A stretch of 64,000 bases of DNA. Source: Octopus vulgaris (taxonomy: Eukaryota). The notes beneath the pieces were generated by a model that was not told the DNA's origin, did not search any database, and saw nothing but the letters and a program-made list of their open reading frames with translations. The stretch lies in contig OX597840.1 in assembly GCA_951406725.2 (NCBI GenBank), positions 36,456,001 through 36,520,000 of the forward strand. Reading direction: 5' to 3'. Position 1 is the stretch's first letter, and every line of letters starts with the position of its first letter. Positions 37,096-50,000 of this stretch are shown here, in pieces. The position numbers and the translations under genes were made by a program.

Positions 37096-38426
37096 ACATA
37101 TAGGTTTTCCAAATATCTTAGATAGTGTAAATATCCTTATGAAGTTATAGTAGTGAGCAATGATGTGGCTGTGATCGTTTTTGGTTAGGCATAATCTATA
37201 AGAGCAACCTTATCATTTCGGGTCCCCTGTTTCGATTGGAGCCACCAGCTGTATGAAAATTTCCTGACTCCCCACCCCTTGTCAGAAAACAGCTTCAGGA
37301 GTTGTGAAGAACGAATTTGTACGTAGTCTGTTTCTGAAAGTTATTCTATTGGACCTCTGTCTAATTCATTAAAACATTGATTTAATTTATGAACATAGAA
37401 AGAAATTATACATAAATCCCTATTTTTGTAAGCAGTTGTATCCATAAAAAATTTATTTGCAGAGAGCAGAAATTGAAAGAAGATATATGAAATGGATGCA
37501 TGTGTGTGTGTGTGTGTGTGTGTGTGTTTCTGGCTAATTTGGCAGGAGTTTTGCAGTCAGCATGAGGTGGTTTGTGTTTATCTCTCGAGTTGAACTGTTG
37601 TTAATTTGTCTGTAATAGCAAAGCCTGGACAGGTTGAAATATCTCAGTTTATTACTCCTTTGCCTGCAGTAAAACAAGCCAGGAGCCCTTCTCCAGTAAG
37701 TTGAAGAAGCAATAAGAATATTTTAATAAGTTTTAGCTTCAGTTTACATTTTATATGTTACCAGACAGTGTGTTTATAGTTAATTAAGTATACTAACACA
37801 GGTGCCTCCTTCCTAACTTCCAGAAAAATTGATATTTTTAAGTGAAATTTTCAACAAATACATTTCAGATGGTGTGGATTCTGATTATATCAGAATTTGT
37901 CGGGAAAAACATTTCCGTGGCTACGGAGAAAAGTTTCGGAAATTTTACACACACACACACACACACACACGTGTAATATATATATATATAGTGTTTGGGG
38001 GGCTGTGTGAGACAGAAAATGTGGTGTGTACGTAATGGAGAAAGAGAGAGATAACTGAAATTTTTTTAATTCACTTTTTGTAGTGAGTCAATGTATGAGT
38101 GATTGATAGAGAAAAAGAAAGAGAGAGAGAGAGAGAGAGAGAGGTTATGTATGTGTGTGAACGGCTTCAGTGACACACACACACAAAAACATATGTATGT
38201 ACTCTTATTGCATACATGTTCATGTGCATGTGTGAGAGAGAGAGAGAGAGAGAGAGAAGGTATGTCTTTTGTTTTTGCTTGTTGTAAAACCATACATGCA
38301 AACAACAAGCAAAAACAGAAAACATAGCTTCTCTCTCTCAATCTTAATTATATTCACACACACCATTGCTCTCTCTGTCTCTTCACACACACTGACAAAA
38401 CTTCACATACACACCACACTTTCTGT

Positions 38427-38465
<39 letters not shown>

Positions 38466-39252
38466 CAATCTCTCTGCTTCATGCTGACTTCAAAAGATAG
38501 TCCCTCTTCTAATTTGTGTGAGAAACTGTAACTAAAAATTAAGATTGTTAACCCCACAAAGAGGTGAAAGAAGAGAGACAGCATAGCGAAAGTTTTGGCT
38601 GACTATTATCCTGTACTCCTGTGAAATGGTATAAGCCGGCTGTGTGAGCAACTGGTTGTTTTAATGGTGGAACAAACAGGAATTCCATTAGAAAAAGTTT
38701 TAATCAATTTTCTCGGTAAGTATAGGGGCTAGGAAAAAATACAAACTGCATTCCAATCAATGCACCCGTCTCCACACGTGTGCTATTTTTCACATGAATC
38801 CACCCAGCCGTTTGGCTGTGAACCTCAAGACAAGAAAGAATACAACGATTGCCTATGTCCAATTTTGGTGGCACGTAAAAAGCAACCCACTACACTCTCG
38901 GAGTGGTTGGTGTTAGGAAGGGCATCCAGCTGTAGAAATACTGCCAGATCAGACTGGAGACTGGCGCAGCCTCCTGGCTTCCTAGACCCCGGTCGAACCT
39001 TCCAACCCATGCTAGCAGGGAAAACAGACGTTAAACAATGATATATATATATATAGTTGGAATTTACAAAAAACAAAAGACGAAGACGGGTGTGTAAACA
39101 TCAAAGAGGTGAATTAGTTTAATGCTTGGGAAGGTGAGAAAGTCTTTTATGTTTGGAGCTAACGATCTTCAACAGAAAGGAACACAAGAAAAACAGAGAG
39201 AATAAAAAAAAGAAAAGCTTTCATAGCTTGCGGTCAATCACACATACACACG

Positions 39253-39288
<36 letters not shown>

Positions 39289-41122
39289 TCTTTGTTCAGT
39301 GTTTCTCCCTCCAACATTGTTTGACAACCAGTGTGGTTGTGCTTATGTCTCTGTAACTTAGCAGTTTGGCAAAAGAAACTAATAGAATAGAATAGAATAA
39401 GCACCAAGCTCATACAGAAAATAAGTCCTGGGGTCTGATTCATTCAACTAAAAATTCTTCAAGGTGGTGCCCCAGCATGGCCACAGTTTAATGATTGAAA
39501 CAAGTAAAAGATAAATATAGGATGACAATGTTCCACTCAGGACAATTTGGTATTTGACACTGTGTACCTAGGATTACATTTTCTAATGTATCTTTCCTTA
39601 TTTTTATAAAAAGCAGTGAATTGGGAGAATAGTCAGAGTGGTGGAGATTCTGTTTCAAGGTTTTTGGTCCAAACCTCTGTATTTTAAGATCCATCAGGAT
39701 GAAGTCAGATTTGCCCTTCATCCTTTTGAGATCAACAGAAGAAATACCAAACCAGGATGCTGCTGGATTTGTGGAACCCTTGGAACTTGTCCAAGCTCTT
39801 TACATTTGGATAATAATATCTGCAAGAACCCAGGTGCCAAGCCATGGAATTGGTCCTAATGAAGCAGCCTTTCCTTTGGCCAACATCAGGGGCCTGCATA
39901 AACAAGTGTAGATATATGGCCAGCCTTGACTGATAGAAACTTCTCTATAGCATTTAGAGGTAATTGGCTGCAATTTTTAGCATGTTGAGTGATCAAACAG
40001 AGTAGGGGTTTCTAAAAGAGCTAGTAATGCCTCCTTGTGGATCTGTGAACCGACAAGGGAACAACAAATATCAATAGGGTACTTTGGTGATGAAGGGCAC
40101 AAATTGTTTAGGGGAGTCATGGTTTTCTTTAGAAATAAATTATTTAAATCCGATGCAATAATTATTTTTTAAACAGTTTCAAAAAAATAAACAAATAAAA
40201 ATCTTTTGTTGGAATTAAAATATGAGTTGGGCATTGAATACAAATATGTCTGCTTGGGTGCAACAAAATTGTGGTAAGAACTTTCCTTCCCAACCAAATG
40301 GTTTCAGGTTCAGTCTCCCTGTGTGGCTCCTTGGGCAAAGTATTTTCTACTATAGCCTCAGGTTAACCAAAGTCTTGTGAATGAATTCAGTAAATGGAAA
40401 CTGAAAAAAGCCTATCACACGTGTGTGTGTGTGCATGTATGTGTGTGTGTGTGTGTGTGCGTGTGTGTATGTGCATGTGTGTGTCTGTGTGTAGGACACT
40501 CCTCCACTTCTTGACAACTGGTGCTGATTAGTTTCTGTCCTCATAACTTAGCAGTGCAGCAAAAGAGACTGACAGAATGAGTAGGAAACTTTAAAACAAA
40601 AATAAATAAATGCTGGGGTTGACTTGCTTAATTCAAGCCCCAGCATGGCTGCAATCCAATGACTGCTGCAATGTAGAAGATAAGTTGGCGCACTTTCTTT
40701 ATTAATTTCTTTAAACATTTAAGACAGGAGGGGGGGGGGATGCACACAAATGTCTAAAAAGGAGCCCATAGTAATATAGAAGAAGAATCATTGAACACAG
40801 CTTTTGTTGGGTTCAAACAGATTCCATTGTTTCTTTTGTCAGAGTGGTTTTTGCAAAATTAAAGGCGAGAGTAGGCGAATGGGTGGTCGAGTGTGAAGTA
40901 AGAGAGTGCTGAAGTCGAAGACTGCTGACCCAGAGCTTCCCTTGTTGAGCCCAGTTCTTGCTTATTTCGAGCACAACATTATCCCACTTCTACTCATAAG
41001 TAACCGGAGAAGGTTATCACTAACATAGTTTTTCTAAAGCAACCCACCCTAATTCCTAACTATTACTGCACAGTCCATATAATACAATATTTACTACCAC
41101 ACCCTGAACTAATTTTTACTGT

Positions 41123-41159
<37 letters not shown>

Positions 41160-41213
41160 AAAGAGAGATGGACAGTGGCAGCGTTGGCGTTTCAGAAATA
41201 TGTATGTATGCAT

Positions 41214-41279
<66 letters not shown>

Positions 41280-41281
41280 TA

Positions 41282-41483
41282 TAGGGTGTCCCAGAAGTCG
41301 CACACCATTCTGATTTTCGTTAAAAATAATTAACGCAATTTATTTAATTGCATTTTTTTCTGCTCGTTTTATTACAGAGGTTGCTCAATTTGAGGATTTG
41401 TTATGATTAATTTTGATAAAGCATTTTTGAAATCAATAAAGGTGTATTCTTTTAAAAAACCAGGATGGTGACTTCTGGGACAC
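41282..41483. mobile_element. Tc1/mariner-type MITE
   Basis: Imperfect TIRs gtgtcccagaagtcgcacaccattctg / caggatggtgacttctgggacac. Confidence 0.6.
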
Positions 41484-43899
41484 AATATATCATCCTATAT
41501 ATATATCATCATCATCATCATCGTTTAACGTCCGTTCTGGCAGTGTTTCTACAGCTGGATGCCCTTCTTAACGCCAACCACTCCGTGAGTGTAGTGGGTG
41601 CTTTTTATGTGCCACCTGCACAGGTTCCAGATGAGGCTGGCAAACGGCCACGATCGGATGGTGCTTTTTACGTGCCACCGGCACTGGAGCCAGACGATAT
41701 ATATATAATATATATATATATATAATTTATATCTTTTATTGTTTATCTGTTTCAGCCATTAGACTGCAGCCATGCTGGAGCACTGCCATGAAGAAATTTA
41801 TTCAAATGAATTGACATCAGTACTTTTATGTTTTAAGTCTGGTACTTACTCTATCAGTTTTTTGTTGAACTGCTAAGTTGTGGGGATGTAAACACACCAA
41901 CACTGGCTGTCAAGCGGTGGTGGGGATGGGTGAGGGTGCAAACAAAGACACCCAGAGATATTCTTTAATCTTGTTTCTTGTTTCAGTCATTATGGGAATG
42001 TCCCTTGTAGTGTTGTGTCTGCTGAGCACATTCACCATTTGTGGCAATCGGGTATCAATCACCCGGGGTGGAGCATGTTGAGTGCATTCTAAATGATTAA
42101 TATGGGAGACAGACTGTACTGGAAGCTTTATTTAGGACAACAAACACTTTGGCCCCCTATTGGGTTGGGACCGATATAAGGGAATCCATTACATCACCAC
42201 CCTCCCACTCGGGAGCAGTGCAGAAGGAAGCTGAAACGGTCTTTGTCCTAAACAACATTTCTAGTACACTCAGTCTTCTGTATTAATCATTTAGAATGAA
42301 TGAATGAATGAATCTATCTATCTTTCTATCTATCTATCTACCTATCTTTCTATCTCTCACCAAAATAAAAAAAAAAACTAAGGTAAAAAAGAGACCCACT
42401 TACTGTAATGCATTTTCTTTTTGCATGACATTATTGTCCAAGGTTCCCGTGGTCTTTTCCATAGGCTTTTCTATCCACGGACAAACCTAATCTATTTTCC
42501 CTTTTTACATTGACATTTCTGTGATGCACAATCCCTATTGATCGGATCCACTTTTTTTTTCTCATGATCCCTTTTGATTGGAATTCACCACCCCCACCTT
42601 TTTTTCCCCCTTCCCGAAAAGAAAAGCTCTACTTTGTATTTTGTCCTTTCTGTGTTTAGCCCTGCATGGCCAATAAAGAAATCTATCTGTCTGCCTGTCT
42701 AATCTATCTATCTATCTACCTACCTACCTACCTGCATACTCATGCCACAGCACACCAGACACCTGTCTGCATCCTGCCACTTGACTCCATAACTGCACTA
42801 CAGGACACCACAGCATAATCAGACAACACTACATCATGCTACACCAAAACACAACACTACACAAGAACCCTGGTCCACAACACTGTACAAGACAAAATGC
42901 AGAAGCCTCTATCTAGTTAAACAATTGCTAGAAATAGGAACCAAACGCCCATTGCATTAGAATCTACTGTGTTAAACAAAAGACACATTAGATAATGTAG
43001 TCCTAGATCTATAAGTAAGACTGGATACTAGGTCATCTTTGATCATGGGCCTATTCCAACAGGGTTGACCTGGAGCTAAACATCAACACTATGCACACAC
43101 ACACACACACACACACATGCCTATACATACAAAAATTTGAGAGCTCTGCTCTTGAATATCAACAGAAACACCATCTACATCTCGATGATAAAGATCTCAT
43201 CAATATATAATTTATATTTGATTTCTGTAGGTTTCAGCCATGAACATTCAGTTGCTCATTGAATTAACAGGGAAGTGGCTGAGTATCTCTCAAGCAGATT
43301 CAATGTGATAGTGGGATAAAGCTTCACCTTTAAATGACAAGAATCCTCTACCACAATGGACTTTGGTTCAGTTTACAACAGACCGGTTTCACTCGCAAGC
43401 TGGCTTAGCCCATGTCTTACCCAAGTCTATTCCTGAGTCTATACCCAAGTCTTAACCAAGATGCCATTCATTGGAATCTGACCTGAGACCTCATCACTGT
43501 GAAACGAAGCTCTTAACTATTCAGCCATGCTGCAGTGATACATCAAGACATACATACACACACAAATACACACACTTGTGTGTGTGTATATATATATATC
43601 ATGCATACATGCCACATACTTCCCTGTAAGTGGAACTCATGAACACACATTTGCAATAAGCAAACACAAGAAATTGATGAGTAAACAAAAGGTTAATTAG
43701 CTAAATTAATGTAAATAGTAATTACACCTAATTATGCATGCATTCAGCATATATAGTATACATTACTTAATTATAAAAACTATACATTTAGTCAAGAAAA
43801 GCATTCTGAGTTCACTTGTCACCAAACCTTCAAGTCTAAAGTTAAAGCTAAATTTACACATGTATATGATGTCTGAGACATACATAACCCCTAAAGAAA

Positions 43900-44660
43900 C
43901 CTTAAAGAACAACTAACACCAAAACAGAATCTTTTCATCTCACTCCCCAGTTATTAAAAATCCAGTCAACAACATTAGCAGAAGAATCTCTAATCTCTTT
44001 CCTAAGAGAGGTCTTCAATAAAGCAACTCCATATTAGGAGTGTTCTGTAGCAAATAGTTCCAAAGACAAAATTAAACATATACAATATACACACCCAATT
44101 CTACCAATACTTAACTATAAAGATCAATATAACTAAATATCTTTTTGGTGCTAGTAAATAAACACTTCCCTACAGATCACTATTATGGGAAAATTTTGAA
44201 CAGAAGCTGCTTGAAGGTGCATTACTGTTCAACTACCAACAAGAAAAACATCATAACACACAAACCACCAAGACCGACAGAAACAAGATGCAGTATTTAA
44301 ATATACTGAAGCATGCCCATTCAAACAATCTTGCAATGTCAAGGCATAAATATACAAAATTGAAATTACCTCCATTAACCCAAGAGATCAGTTGGTTGTA
44401 AATATTACATAGGAATGGTACAGGGCAAACTCAAACAGTGGTACACCAGCAACACTGCTTCCTTTAGGCATATTGATTGATACAACAAAAACCACAGCCT
44501 TGACTAATTAATTCTTGTAGCTGAAAGAGACCAAGATCAGCTATAAAAATAAAAGAAAACACAAGACCAAACATGGATGGCACAAGATGTCATTCATGCA
44601 CAATGGAATGGAACATTATACCAAACAGCATTAAAAATTCAATAAAATATTCTAAATACA
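43900..44660 (+). mobile_element. Penelope-like element ORF remnant (RT C-terminus/linker plus GIY-YIG)
   Basis: FLVLVNKHFPTDHYYGKILNRSCLKVHYCSTTNKKNIITH from 44142, then CPFKQSCNVKA*IYKIEIT ... KYYIGMVQGKLKQWYTSNTASFRH (YIG at 44406-44414) ... RCHSCTME. Confidence 0.78.
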
Positions 44661-44970
44661 AGATCAAAGTTTTTCTGCAAGTGTTAAAACTTGAACAAGT
44701 TTCTGTAAAAATTTTGGAAGCTCATTTCAACATTGGATTAAAAAAAAATAGGCAGAACAACCAAGCTCATTGGTTTCAGCTGACATTTTCAAGCAGCCAT
44801 GCTCTTTACTGATTCTTAGATCATAAAGGCTCACATCAGGCCTTAAACACCAGCCTGGACCAGCATCTTGACCAGTCCCCACGGACATATAATTGATTGT
44901 AAGACTATATCTCTTTCTTTATAAATATCCTGAAAACTCCTTACAGCCTTGGTTTTGTTATCTGTTTTTG

Positions 44971-45025
<55 letters not shown>

Positions 45026-45068
45026 GTTACATTTGTTTGTAAAGATGTACTTCTTGATTTCCAAGCGC

Positions 45069-45232
45069 TTTATAAAGCCTTCATATTTCAGGCGCAAAGG
45101 CCATCTTCAGAATGAAAAAAATAGCCTGGGAAATGTCCAATGGGTTAACAGAACCTACATAACTGGACATTTCCAAGACTGTTTACCTTTTGAAAATGGG
45201 ACTTTGCACCTGAAATATAAAGGTTTTATAAA
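45069..45232. repeat. Inverted repeat (~70-bp arms) whose arms carry decayed minimal hammerhead motifs
   Basis: tttataaagccttcatatttcaggcgcaaaggccatcttcag...gggaaatgtcca pairs with tggacatttcca...ttttgaaaatgggactttgcacctgaaatataaaggttttataaa. Confidence 0.75.
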
Positions 45233-45610
45233 ACATTCTGCATCGTCAGAAGCTTTTTATTTTCTCTGTTTTTACCATCGTCAGTTTTACAATCCTTTGA
45301 GTGAACTGCAACACCCTTATTTGATGTGTGTGTGTGTGTGTGTGAACGCATGTGATGAAGGGGTCAGGATGTTGCACTCCCGATTGCCAGGTCGTGGCTT
45401 TGATTCCCAGACCAGGAGGCGCACTGTGTTCGTGAGCAAAACACTTCATTTTACATCGCCCCAGTCCCCCTTTTGATCAGGGAAGAGTGTTGGCTTGCTC
45501 ACCTACCCAGTGGGGTGGCATCATTCTAAAACGATGCAAAGTTCATTACGACTAGCAATGTGTAACAACATCTAATGATCTACTCAGTCATGTGATATAT
45601 ATATATATAC

Positions 45611-45673
<63 letters not shown>

Positions 45674-45676
<3 letters not shown>

Positions 45677-45795
45677 GGTGATTCAAAAGTTGCCATACAT
45701 AAGAATAATTTACTTTTTTATAAGAAGTTTTTATTTAACTGATTCTTATAAAAAAATAAAATTTTCCAATATATGGTGACTTTTGAACCACCCTG
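45674..45795. mobile_element. Short Tc1/mariner-type MITE
   Basis: TIRs agggtgattcaaaagttgccata / tatggtgacttttgaaccaccctg|TA. Confidence 0.7.
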
Positions 45796-45833
45796 TATAC
45801 ATACATACATACATACATACATACATACATACA

Positions 45834-45879
<46 letters not shown>

Positions 45880-48139
45880 CATACACACACATACACATGC
45901 ATACATATTCACACAAGGTGCCACACAATTGGATTTTTTTCAGCTGGTTGCCCATGCTGTCACCAAAACTCACATGTCTGACCCATGGGAGCATGGAAAA
46001 GTGGACATTAAATAGTGATGAAGATATTTGTATATATGTATGTGTGTGTGTGTGTGTATATATGACTTAAACCCCATCTGCTCATAGTAACAAAGTCTGA
46101 TATGTTCCCCTTCAGGAATATAAATGCAAAATGCTCCATGAGCATTTAATGATAAGCAAAAATATTAATTCAGCAATTATCTACATGATTAATATCGAAC
46201 AGAATTAAACAGGATGTGTGAGTGTAAGCATGGAGAAATTTGTTTAGAGTTGCCATGACAAAATTCTGTTTCTGTCATCGAGAATCTTTACTGGTTTTGT
46301 CAGCACTTATCAGGTATACATAAATAAAGAAATGTATTAAAGTAAATAAGTAGATATCAATATGTACATATATAATATTTTCAAGGGAAAAAGATAAATA
46401 CAAGAGACAAGACCTGAGGGGAGAGAGAGAGAGGGGAGGGGCAAGAAGAAGAAATGGAAGAGAAATAGTGAATGCCCTTAAAATGTCAATTATATTTACC
46501 GTGTCTTTAGAATACATGTAATATTCAAATGTGTTATGTGTTGCCTCGGCTGGTACCATCACTTTAAGTGGTATCAGAAGGATTTAGGGAGATCAGCAGT
46601 TCTCAATGACAGCTCTTGGGGCCCGCATGCATCCCTCAGCCATCCTTCCAGCAGCCCCCCCCCCACTCACCACCAGTGGTCTTCTCTCTATAAGTTTGAT
46701 AAATTTTTCCTTAATTGACATGTGTTTAACTTTGTTTGGTGCAGGTCCCTAAAAAAATCCAGGTTTTGGATCAGGCCTGGACATTAAAAAAGTTGAGAAC
46801 CAGTGTCAGAGATCTTTGGATTTCAGCCCTTTTTTCAATCCACAACACACAGAATATGACACTGAAATGTGTAGGAGCTTGAACATGTATTTGGAGGGAT
46901 AAAGAGAAGAAGAGGAGAGACGAGAGAGAGAAAGTCATTGAAGAGGTCACAGAATGTTTGATGAAAGAATCTATCACATATAAACTAACAAAGCTAAAGT
47001 GAAGCTCAAATAAATGGTGTTTAATCAGCAAAAGATGACCATCCCCAAATATAACAACATCTTTTCTTTTTTTCTGGTCCCAACTCACGATTTTACATCA
47101 AGAATCTTGCAAAATAAACAGACACAGAAAAAAAAGTAGAATTATAATTGATTTAAACAGAGAGACATTCACACTTTCAAGTTTTAGCAATTAAGGCTGC
47201 ATTAAAAGAATATCATATTCAATATATGGATAAAGGGAATTGAATTTAATGTGAAAATGCAATTTGAAATATTAAACTCAACATAATTTTTACATCCACC
47301 ATTCCTGAGTTTGTATATACCAGACAAGACTTATTACGGAAGCATTATTTGCTAGATGCCCTCCCTAAAATCTTATTTTCAAGTGACATTATTTATTTTA
47401 CTAGTCAAACCACTTAGCTGCAGGACAGGAACAAACACAGTTGCTCCCTAAGTGGTGACACCACAAAGACGAAATCAAAGAGAAAAATTACATTGGTTTA
47501 GTGAAGGTAATTTTAACAGACATTATGCAAACGACCAGTCTTCTTTCTGACAAACTGCCAAAAATAAAGACCTGAAGGTTAACAGCGGCTACAGACATTT
47601 AAATGGAGAATCATGGAAAAATCTATGGCATATGTAAATGGATGAAAGTGATGCAAGCTATGCAGAGCTGAAGGATTGCACATTCCTTTCAGATGCAAGG
47701 ATTCCATCACACTACTAAATTCCAGATCTAAAATTTTCAGCAAATGCAAGCACATAGACAAATTTCTTTTGTTCAACTTGAGGTCATCCTCTATGGATTA
47801 AGCAGCTGTCTTGCAGACTTTGACACCCTTACTGCTGGATTATTTGACACCAGCTAGATTAAGGATTTGTCCATAGAAATTATGATCTCTATAGACAAAG
47901 GGGACCTGGTTTTCTTGCTTTTCTTTCTCTATTTTTATTCACTCTTTGTTGTTCTATTTTTTGCACCAGTCTTCTTGTTTTGTCTTGTGCTTTCTCCTGG
48001 ACCAGAAACCCTGGTTTTCAAATAAGACTAACCATGAGCACAGAGCCTGAAAAATTGCTTGAACACACAAGGTGCATTATATTAATCTGCTGAATTATCC
48101 TGTCTCCATGGCATGTAACTATTAGCAGCTCTTATTTAA

Positions 48140-48360
48140 CCCTTTCGTTACTGTATTTCTGTTGAGATGCTCCGTGTTTCTTTCAATTACTTTAAATATA
48201 ACAAAGAATTTAGTAAAATAACTTAATTATCATTAAGCTAGTGTTAGGAACATAAATTGTGACTAAGATTTGGTGGAAGATTTTAATTCAAAACTTATGA
48301 AAACAAGACATTTGTATTACAGAGCCAGAGCCGGTTTCAGCCGGGTTGGTAACGAAAGGG
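48140..48360. mobile_element. piggyBac-type MITE (family 1), copy 1
   Basis: TTAA|CCCTTTCGTTAC ... GTAACGAAAGGG|TTAA; 221 bp. Confidence 0.9.
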
Positions 48361-48443
48361 TTAAACACTGTATACATGAAATGATATTTATCTCTCACTG
48401 AATGAAGTACTTTTATCTTGATCCTACTTATAATGGGGCAATA

Positions 48444-48490
<47 letters not shown>

Positions 48491-48715
48491 CACTCATACA
48501 AGCACATATATATATACACATATGCACGTACATGTTTGTGCATGCATATATATGTTATATCTGCATGTATATGCACACACACGCACACAAACACACACAC
48601 ACACACACTCTCTGTCTCACAATGTAAAGGTAAAATTGTTGATTAGAATCGAAGTCATGAACAACAAACATTGAGATATTTGATCAATGAACCAACAATG
48701 ACAGGTGATGAAAAA

Positions 48716-48949
48716 CGGGGGTTGGCCAAAAGTCAGCTGACAGGGAATCAAAACCATTCGATTCCAATATTTACTTAGTTTTAACAACTGAATAAATTTA
48801 ATAAAAGCATCCAAATATGAAACATCATGAAAATTCTTCAAACTGAAGTCCTTCTTGAGTGACACATTTTCCCATTCGAGTGAATATAGAATTACAGATA
48901 GTATTTAAGGAATTTTGATTTACTGTCGGGTGACTTTTGGCCAACCCTG
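48716..48949. mobile_element. Tc1/mariner-type MITE
   Basis: TIRs gggttggccaaaagtcagctgacag / ctgtcgggtgacttttggccaaccctg|TA. Confidence 0.75.
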
Positions 48950-49049
48950 TATATTGATTGTGTGTGTGTGTGTGTGTGTCAGTTGAGGGCAGCATGGTTA
49001 ATAAATTTGCTTTATACTCTTGAGATCCTGGGCTCAGTTACAATATGTG

Positions 49050-49539
49050 GCTACATGCATAAGATCTGGTCATCAAATCTAAGTAGAGACTTCAAACATG
49101 AAATCTTCAAAGTCACAGTCAAACCAATTCTACAATATGGCTCAGAAACCTGGACGTTATCAAAGAAGCTTGAGAGGCGGTTGGATGGAACCTACACTCG
49201 CCTCCTTATGAGAGCTCAAAATCTCTCGTGGAAGCGCCATCCAACCAAAAAGCAAATATATGGGAAACTACCACCTGTGTCATCTCTTGTGAAAGGTAGG
49301 AGAGTCCAGTTTGCTGGACATTGTTGTAGAGCTGAAAACAAGGTAATTTCTACTCTTCTCCTCTGGAAGCCATCTGCTCGTGATACCAGAGGCCGCAAAC
49401 TCTCCTACCCTGATATAATCTCCAGGGATACAGGCATCTAGCAACAGGACCTCCGTAATGCCATGATGGACAGTGAAGTCTGGCGTAGCATGGTAAATTC
49501 CATTGTCTCGACCATGGTTGAACAATGATGATGATGATG
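49050..49539 (+). mobile_element. 5'-truncated RTE-like LINE (RT C-terminus to tail)
   Basis: KIWSSNL ... PILQYGSETWTL ... RRVQFAGHC ... AMMDSEVWR, followed by a (TGA)n tail. Confidence 0.85.
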
Positions 49540-49744
49540 TGGCTTCTTGGGCAATGGTCTTTTAGTTTGTCCTGTGCGTTGTGATTGAAATTTGATAAAC
49601 AGAAACTTGGTGAAAGCCTGTCACATTGACTGGATCTGGAACTGAATGATCCAGCCATGTTGCACATTGTCTCAAGCTAATCTTACTTGAGGACTATGCT
49701 AAGTGTATAAGTCATTCCGATTGACTGGTATCCAATGACTCACT

Positions 49745-50000
49745 GATTCCCCTCAGCCTCTCGCCCATAGGCACACTGCTTCTTCTCTCTGCCTGTTCTA
49801 TCACTACATTAATGGCCCCGACTCCTCAGAACTGGCTGAGTTACTACCACCTCCATTCAGGCATTCAAGTGCTGTGCTCACCCCTTCCATACCACACACA
49901 GTCCTTTCTTCCCAAAACGTTGGCATTTTGGAATTCCCTCCATGTTAATGTCTTTTCTGCAGGTGCTGACTTACAAACGTTTGGGAGGAACCTTAATGGG
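49745..50000 (+). mobile_element. LINE ORF2 3'-end fragment (CR1/Jockey-like)
   Basis: SLAHRHTASSLCLFYHYING ... SFLPKTLAFWNSL ... DLQTF. Confidence 0.55.

Noticed and set aside
44762-44845. Minus-strand ctgatgt...gaaac hammerhead-like motif
   Set aside because: The core and cleavage triplet are both mutated and the stem II base is uncertain.
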